A DNA stretch of 24,000 nucleotides from an uncultured Clostridia bacterium (GTDB lineage Bacteria > Bacillota > Clostridia > Christensenellales > UBA1242): NCBI GenBank assembly GCA_944372505.1, contig CALVZK010000001.1:22555-46554 (forward strand), read 5' to 3'. Positions 18,318-24,000 of the stretch are shown here, piece after piece; the stretch's first letter is position 1, and each line of letters opens with the position of its first letter. Position numbers and translations under genes: made by a program. The notes beneath the pieces were generated by a model, which was not told the DNA's origin, did no database searches, and was given only the letters and a program-made list of their open reading frames with translations.

Positions 18318-18346
18318 AAAAAGCCGATTTATCGGCTTTTTTATTT
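18318..18346 (+). terminator. Rho-independent terminator
   Basis: AAAAAGCCGAT (18318-18328)/ATCGGCTTTTT (18331-18341) with a T-rich tail. Confidence 0.9.
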
Positions 18347-18353
18347 ATTTTAA

Positions 18354-18382
18354 TTGACTAATTTTCTCTATTTAGTTAAAAT
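18354..18382 (+). promoter_or_regulatory. Sigma-A-type promoter directly abutting ruvC
   Basis: TTGACT (18354-18359), N17, TAAAAT (18377-18382). Predicted +1 at 18389, the A of the ruvC ATG. Confidence 0.65.
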
Positions 18383-18388
18383 TATATT

Positions 18389-18877
18389 ATGATTATATTA
18401 GGAATTGACCCAGGATATGCTATTATTGGTTATGGAATAATAGATACTTCAAAAACAAATATGGTTATTGACTATGGTGCAATAACAACACCTAAAGAGG
18501 ATAGTTTAGCTATACGATTACAATCCATTGAAAATAGTCTAAAATTTTTATTTGAAAAATTTAAGCCCGACGTTGTTGCGATAGAAGAATTATTTTATTT
18601 TAAAAATCAAAAAACAGTTATTCAAGTTGCACAAGCTAGAGGAGTAATTGTTTTAGCTTGTCAAAAATATTGTGGAAATATTTATGAATATACTCCATTA
18701 CAAATAAAACAAGCTTTAACAGGTCAAGGACGCGCAGAAAAAGCACAAGTGCAGTATATGGTTAAAGCAATTTTGGGTTTAAATAGTATACCAAAACCTG
18801 ATGATGCTGCAGATGCTCTAGCAGTTGCAATTTGCCATAGTCAAACAAGTTCTATTTTAAATCAAAACAAATTATAA
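18389..18877 (+). CDS. ruvC: Holliday junction resolvase RuvC
   Basis: 162 aa, MIILGIDPGYAIIGYG, VAIEELFYFKNQKTVIQVAQARG, LTGQGRAEKAQVQYMV and DAADALAVAICH. Confidence 0.97.
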   Translation: MIILGIDPGYAIIGYGIIDTSKTNMVIDYGAITTPKEDSLAIRLQSIENSLKFLFEKFKPDVVAIEELFYFKNQKTVIQVAQARGVIVLACQKYCGNIYEYTPLQIKQALTGQGRAEKAQVQYMVKAILGLNSIPKPDDAADALAVAICHSQTSSILNQNKL

Positions 18878-18887
18878 AGAGGATTAC

Positions 18888-19478
18888 ATGATTTCATTTT
18901 TATTAGGAAATATAGAAGAAAAGAAAGAAAACTCATTAATTATTAATGTTAATGGTATAGGATATGAATTAATCGTATCAACAAATACATTAGCATCTTT
19001 ACCTTTAGCAGGGGAAATAGTAAAGATATATACTTATATGGCAGTAAGAGAAGATGGGATATTTTTATTTGGATTCTCTACAACAGAAGAGCGTGAATTG
19101 TTTTATAAATTAATTTTAGTTAATGGTGTAGGTCCTAAAATGGCTATCACGATTCTATCTGGACTTTCTTTGTCTGATTTAACAATTGCTATTATCAAAG
19201 AAGACGTAAAACTTTTATCGAAAATTAAGGGACTTGGGAAAAAAACTGCAGAACGTATTTGTTTAGAATTAAAGGATAAACTCACGCAAATTGATAATGA
19301 TGAAACAAGTAATTTCGATTTAAATTATAATGAAGATTCTGTACAAATGGCAACAGATACACTTATAAGTCTTGGTATTAGTAAAAATGAAGCATATATG
19401 CTTGCAAGATCCTATGCAGGCAATAATGCAACAGCAGAAGAAATCATTTCTAAATCATTAAGGGGGTACCAAGGATGA
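18888..19478 (+). CDS. ruvA: Holliday junction DNA helicase subunit RuvA
   Basis: 196 aa, [28 protein letters not shown]...[17 protein letters not shown]...[20 protein letters not shown] (HhH motifs). Confidence 0.97.
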   Translation: MISFLLGNIEEKKENSLIINVNGIGYELIVSTNTLASLPLAGEIVKIYTYMAVREDGIFLFGFSTTEERELFYKLILVNGVGPKMAITILSGLSLSDLTIAIIKEDVKLLSKIKGLGKKTAERICLELKDKLTQIDNDETSNFDLNYNEDSVQMATDTLISLGISKNEAYMLARSYAGNNATAEEIISKSLRGYQG

Positions 19479-20482
19479 TAGAAGATAACGAAAGATTTGT
19501 TACTAGCACAAAAAACCTGACTGATGCTGAAATTGAGAATTCTTTAAGACCAAATTCTTTTGACGAATATATTGGGCAAACTAAAGTTAAAGAATCGTTA
19601 TCAGTATATATACAGGCAGCAAAAAATAGAAAAGAAAGTTTAGATCATGTTCTATTATATGGCCCTCCAGGACTAGGGAAAACTACATTATCAAGAATTA
19701 TTGCAAATGAATTGGGTTCTCAATTTAAAGTTACATCGGGACCTGCTATAGAACATGCAGCTGATTTAGCAGCGATATTAACAAACTTAAATCAAAATGA
19801 TGTTTTATTCATAGACGAAATACACAGATTAAACAAAACCGTTGAAGAAATTCTTTATCCAGCAATGGAAGATTTTGCACTTGACTTTATTGTAGGAAAA
19901 GGTCCTTCTGCAAGAAACATGCGTTTAAAAATAAAACCATTTACTTTAATAGGAGCAACTACAAGAGCGGGCATGCTTACAAATCCATTAAGGGATAGAT
20001 TTGGAGTAATATGTAGACTTGAACTATATAGCACAGATGAACTATCTATAATTATAAATCGGTCTGCAAAAATTTTAGGAGTAAACATTGACAATGATGC
20101 AAGTATTGAGATAGCAAAAAGATCTAGGGGAACACCAAGAATAGCCAATAGACTATTAAAAAGAGTAAGAGATTATGCTCAAGTTCTAGGAGAAGGGCAT
20201 GTAACAAAAAACATAGCAAATAAAACATTAGAAATTATGGAAATAGACGAATTAGGGCTTGATACAATAGATAGAAAAATTTTATTGACTATGATTAATA
20301 AATTTAAAGGTGGACCAGTAGGGCTTGATACATTATCAGCTACAATAAGTGAAGATGCTTCAACTATAGAAGATGTATACGAACCTTATTTACTTCAGCT
20401 AGGTTTTATCTCTAGAACTCCTAGAGGAAGGACAGTTTTGGAACCAGCATATAGACACTTTGGATTAAATTTCACATTATAA
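19475..20482 (+). CDS. ruvB: Holliday junction DNA helicase RuvB
   Basis: [19 protein letters not shown], Walker [24 protein letters not shown], and GLNFT at the C-terminus. ATGA overlap with ruvA. Confidence 0.98.
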   Translation: MIEDNERFVTSTKNLTDAEIENSLRPNSFDEYIGQTKVKESLSVYIQAAKNRKESLDHVLLYGPPGLGKTTLSRIIANELGSQFKVTSGPAIEHAADLAAILTNLNQNDVLFIDEIHRLNKTVEEILYPAMEDFALDFIVGKGPSARNMRLKIKPFTLIGATTRAGMLTNPLRDRFGVICRLELYSTDELSIIINRSAKILGVNIDNDASIEIAKRSRGTPRIANRLLKRVRDYAQVLGEGHVTKNIANKTLEIMEIDELGLDTIDRKILLTMINKFKGGPVGLDTLSATISEDASTIEDVYEPYLLQLGFISRTPRGRTVLEPAYRHFGLNFTL

Positions 20483-20504
20483 AATAAATTAAAAGAGATA
20501 AAAA

Positions 20505-21554
20505 ATGTTAAACAAAATTGAAAAGAAAGATTTACTAAAAAAAAGCAGTTATTTCTATGATTTGCCAGAAGAATTAATAGCACAAGAACCAGTGGAGCCT
20601 AGGGATAGTTCAAGACTTATTATTTTTGATAGAAAAAACAATAACATAGAACATAAAATATTTAAAGATATTATTAGTTATTTAACACCAAATGATGTTT
20701 TAGTAATAAACAATACAAGAGTTTTACCCGCAAGATTATACGGATATAAAGATACAGGAGCAAAAATTGAAATCCTTTTACAAAAAAGGATAAATTTAAA
20801 TAGTTGGCAAATTATTGCAAAACCTTTTAAACGTTTAAAAGAGGGAACTAAAATAACATTTTCTAATGAACTTGCCTGTATTATTGAAAAAAAAGAAAAT
20901 TATGGTTTATGTGAAGTCACTTTTATTTATGATGGAGTATTTGAAGATAAATTGAGTAAAGTAGGACAAGTCCCATTACCACCATACATTCATGCAAAAT
21001 TAAAAGATAAAGAAAGATATCAAACAGTTTATTCTAAAATAGAAGGATCCTCTGCAGCGCCCACAGCAGGTTTACATTTCACAAACGAACTTCTAACAAA
21101 TATCAAAAAAAAGGGAGTAGAAATAATTGAAGTCCTTTTACATGTAGGGTTGGGAACTTTCCGCCCAGTTAAAGAGGACAATATTCTTGAACACCAAATG
21201 CATAGTGAATATATAGAAATGAGTGTTGAAAACGCACACAAACTTAATCAAGCTAAACAAAATGGAAAACGTATTATTGCAGTTGGAACAACATCTGTAA
21301 GGGTGCTTGAAAGTTGTGTTAATGAAAATGGAAAAATTCTTCCTTGTAAAAAAGAAACGGATATATTTATCTATCCTTCTTATAAATTTAAATTCGTAGA
21401 TGCTTTAATAACAAATTTTCATTTACCTGAAAGCACATTAATAATGCTTGTTTCTGCATTTGCAGGTTATGAACAAACTATGAAAATTTATAATATAGCA
21501 GTAAAAGAAAAATACAGATTTTTTTCTTTTGGTGATGCTATGTTTGTTGAATAG
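20505..21554 (+). CDS. queA: S-adenosylmethionine:tRNA ribosyltransferase-isomerase
   Basis: YDLPEELIAQEPVEPRDSSRLIIFDR, TAGLHFTNELL, GLGTFRPV and TNFHLPESTLIMLVSAFAG. Confidence 0.97.
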   Translation: MLNKIEKKDLLKKSSYFYDLPEELIAQEPVEPRDSSRLIIFDRKNNNIEHKIFKDIISYLTPNDVLVINNTRVLPARLYGYKDTGAKIEILLQKRINLNSWQIIAKPFKRLKEGTKITFSNELACIIEKKENYGLCEVTFIYDGVFEDKLSKVGQVPLPPYIHAKLKDKERYQTVYSKIEGSSAAPTAGLHFTNELLTNIKKKGVEIIEVLLHVGLGTFRPVKEDNILEHQMHSEYIEMSVENAHKLNQAKQNGKRIIAVGTTSVRVLESCVNENGKILPCKKETDIFIYPSYKFKFVDALITNFHLPESTLIMLVSAFAGYEQTMKIYNIAVKEKYRFFSFGDAMFVE

Positions 21555-21560
21555 ATATTA

Positions 21561-21594
21561 GTATGTACATACAAAATACTATATATAGTATTTT
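21561..21594 (+). repeat. Adjacent perfect palindromes in the queA-tgt intergenic gap
   Basis: GTATGTACATAC (21561-21572) directly followed by AAAATACTATATATAGTATTTT (21573-21594). Both are perfectly self-complementary, and the second ends just before SD AAGGAG. Confidence 0.8.
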
Positions 21595-21598
21595 TTAA

Positions 21599-22735
<1,137 letters not shown>

Positions 22736-22745
22736 ATTAAATCGT

Positions 22746-22774
22746 TTGACTTATCTTAAAATATTTTATATAAT
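22746..22774 (+). promoter_or_regulatory. Sigma-A-type promoter for rny
   Basis: TTGACT (22746-22751), N17, TATAAT (22769-22774). Predicted +1 about 22781, start codon at 22813. Confidence 0.75.
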
Positions 22775-22812
22775 TTTAATGGTAGATTTTTCTATCTTAA
22801 AAAGGGGATATT

Positions 22813-24000
22813 ATGAGCAGTTTAAGCATATTATGCAATGCTGCTGTTACCGCCGGTGTTGTAAGTGGAGTAATTGCACTAATTTTGGGCATATTGCTCG
22901 GAACTATAATATATAAAATAGTCGCTAACAAAAAAATTGGCAGAAGCAAAACTAATGCTGTTAAAATCATAGAAGAGGCGTATGCAGAAGCAAAAAGCAT
23001 AAAAAAAGAATCAATTATTGAAGCCAAAGAAGAAGCACAGAAAATAAGAGACGAGGCAAATGAAGAAGCAAAAGAAAGAAGAGCAGAAATACAAAAACAA
23101 GAAGAACGACTAGATCAAAGAGAAGAATATGTAACAAAAAAAGAAACATCACTAGATACAAAGCAAGAACAACTTGAAAATGAGAAGACTATATTAGAAA
23201 AAAATAAACTAATATTAGATGAAAAAATTTCCGAACAAGAAGAAATTAAAATTCAAATGTTGGAAAAATTGGAAAAAATATCTGGGCTAACTAAAAATCA
23301 AGCAAAAGATCTTTTGATTGAAAATATAACAGATGAAGCTAAAAAAGATGCTGGGGTTTTAATAAAAAAAATTGAAGATGAGGCAAAAGAAAAGGGTGAT
23401 AAATTAGCTCAAGACATTGTTATGTCAGCAATCCAAAGATGTGCTACAGACCTTTCTTCAGAGATGACAGTTTCAACAGTTGCTCTTCCAAATGATGAAA
23501 TGAAAGGAAGAATTATTGGGAGAGAAGGGAGAAATATTCGTTCTATAGAAAGTGCTACGGGAGTTGAATTAATAGTAGATGATACTCCAGAAACTATCAC
23601 TGTTTCAAGTTTTGATCCTATTAGAAGAGAAATTGCAAGATTAAGTCTTGAAAAACTTATTATTGACGGAAGAATTCATCCTGGTAGAATTGAAGAAATA
23701 GTAGAAAAGTCCACAAAAGAAGTAGATAAAACAATAAAAGAAGCTGGCGAAAATGCTTGTAATGATGTTGCTATTTATAATTTAAATCCAGAATTAGTAA
23801 AAATATTAGGAAGATTAAAATATAGAACAAGTTATGGACAAAATTGCTTAAAACACAGTATAGAAACATCAATTATTGCAGGTCTTATTGCAACAGAACT
23901 TAATGCTAATGTTCAAGTTGCAAAACGCGGAGGTCTACTTCATGATATTGGAAAAGCACTTGATCATGAAATTGAAGGAACACATGTTTCGATTGGTGTT
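22813..24000 (+). CDS. rny: Ribonuclease Y, 3'-truncated at the window edge
   Basis: Not in the ORF track because it runs off the end. Open from ATG 22813 (SD AAAAGGGG) to 24000. N-terminal TM and coiled coil ([34 protein letters not shown]), KH motif [15 protein letters not shown], and the HD domain start [12 protein letters not shown]. Confidence 0.97.
   Translation, partial: MSSLSILCNAAVTAGVVSGVIALILGILLGTIIYKIVANKKIGRSKTNAVKIIEEAYAEAKSIKKESIIEAKEEAQKIRDEANEEAKERRAEIQKQEERLDQREEYVTKKETSLDTKQEQLENEKTILEKNKLILDEKISEQEEIKIQMLEKLEKISGLTKNQAKDLLIENITDEAKKDAGVLIKKIEDEAKEKGDKLAQDIVMSAIQRCATDLSSEMTVSTVALPNDEMKGRIIGREGRNIRSIESATGVELIVDDTPETITVSSFDPIRREIARLSLEKLIIDGRIHPGRIEEIVEKSTKEVDKTIKEAGENACNDVAIYNLNPELVKILGRLKYRTSYGQNCLKHSIETSIIAGLIATELNANVQVAKRGGLLHDIGKALDHEIEGTHVSIGV

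Overview
AT-rich chromosomal window with the gene content of an endospore-forming Firmicute (Clostridia-like). Almost everything is core housekeeping, and all clear genes are on the + strand. Order: 'infB - rbfA - nrnA - truB - AP-endonuclease-like TIM barrel - efp | spoIIIAA-AB-AC-AD-AE-AF-AG-AH | asp23/gls24 - nusB - xseA - proS - xseB - small membrane protein | infC - rpmI - rplT - spoU/trmH-type methyltransferase | yebC | hypothetical 106 aa | ruvC-ruvA-ruvB-queA-tgt | rny'. infB is cut at the left edge and rny at the right edge. I found no mobile elements, CRISPR arrays, defence islands, rRNA or tRNA, and no convincing novel multi-gene system. The observations most worth a second look are: (1) ruvC looks leaderless: a TTGACT-N17-TAAAAT promoter places the predicted +1 on the A of its ATG, with no Shine-Dalgarno; (2) infC is truncated in the supplied ORF track and probably starts at an ATT codon at 15271, behind a ~146 nt leader with a 10-bp terminator-like hairpin and an upstream copy of the terminator 3' arm that could act as an antiterminator; (3) proS is inserted between xseA and xseB; (4) the AP-endonuclease-like protein appears to deviate at one metal-ligand motif; (5) two small uncharacterised ORFs (14515-15075, 17985-18305); (6) adjacent palindromes sit just upstream of the tgt ribosome-binding site. 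All family calls come from motif and sequence recognition without database searches.
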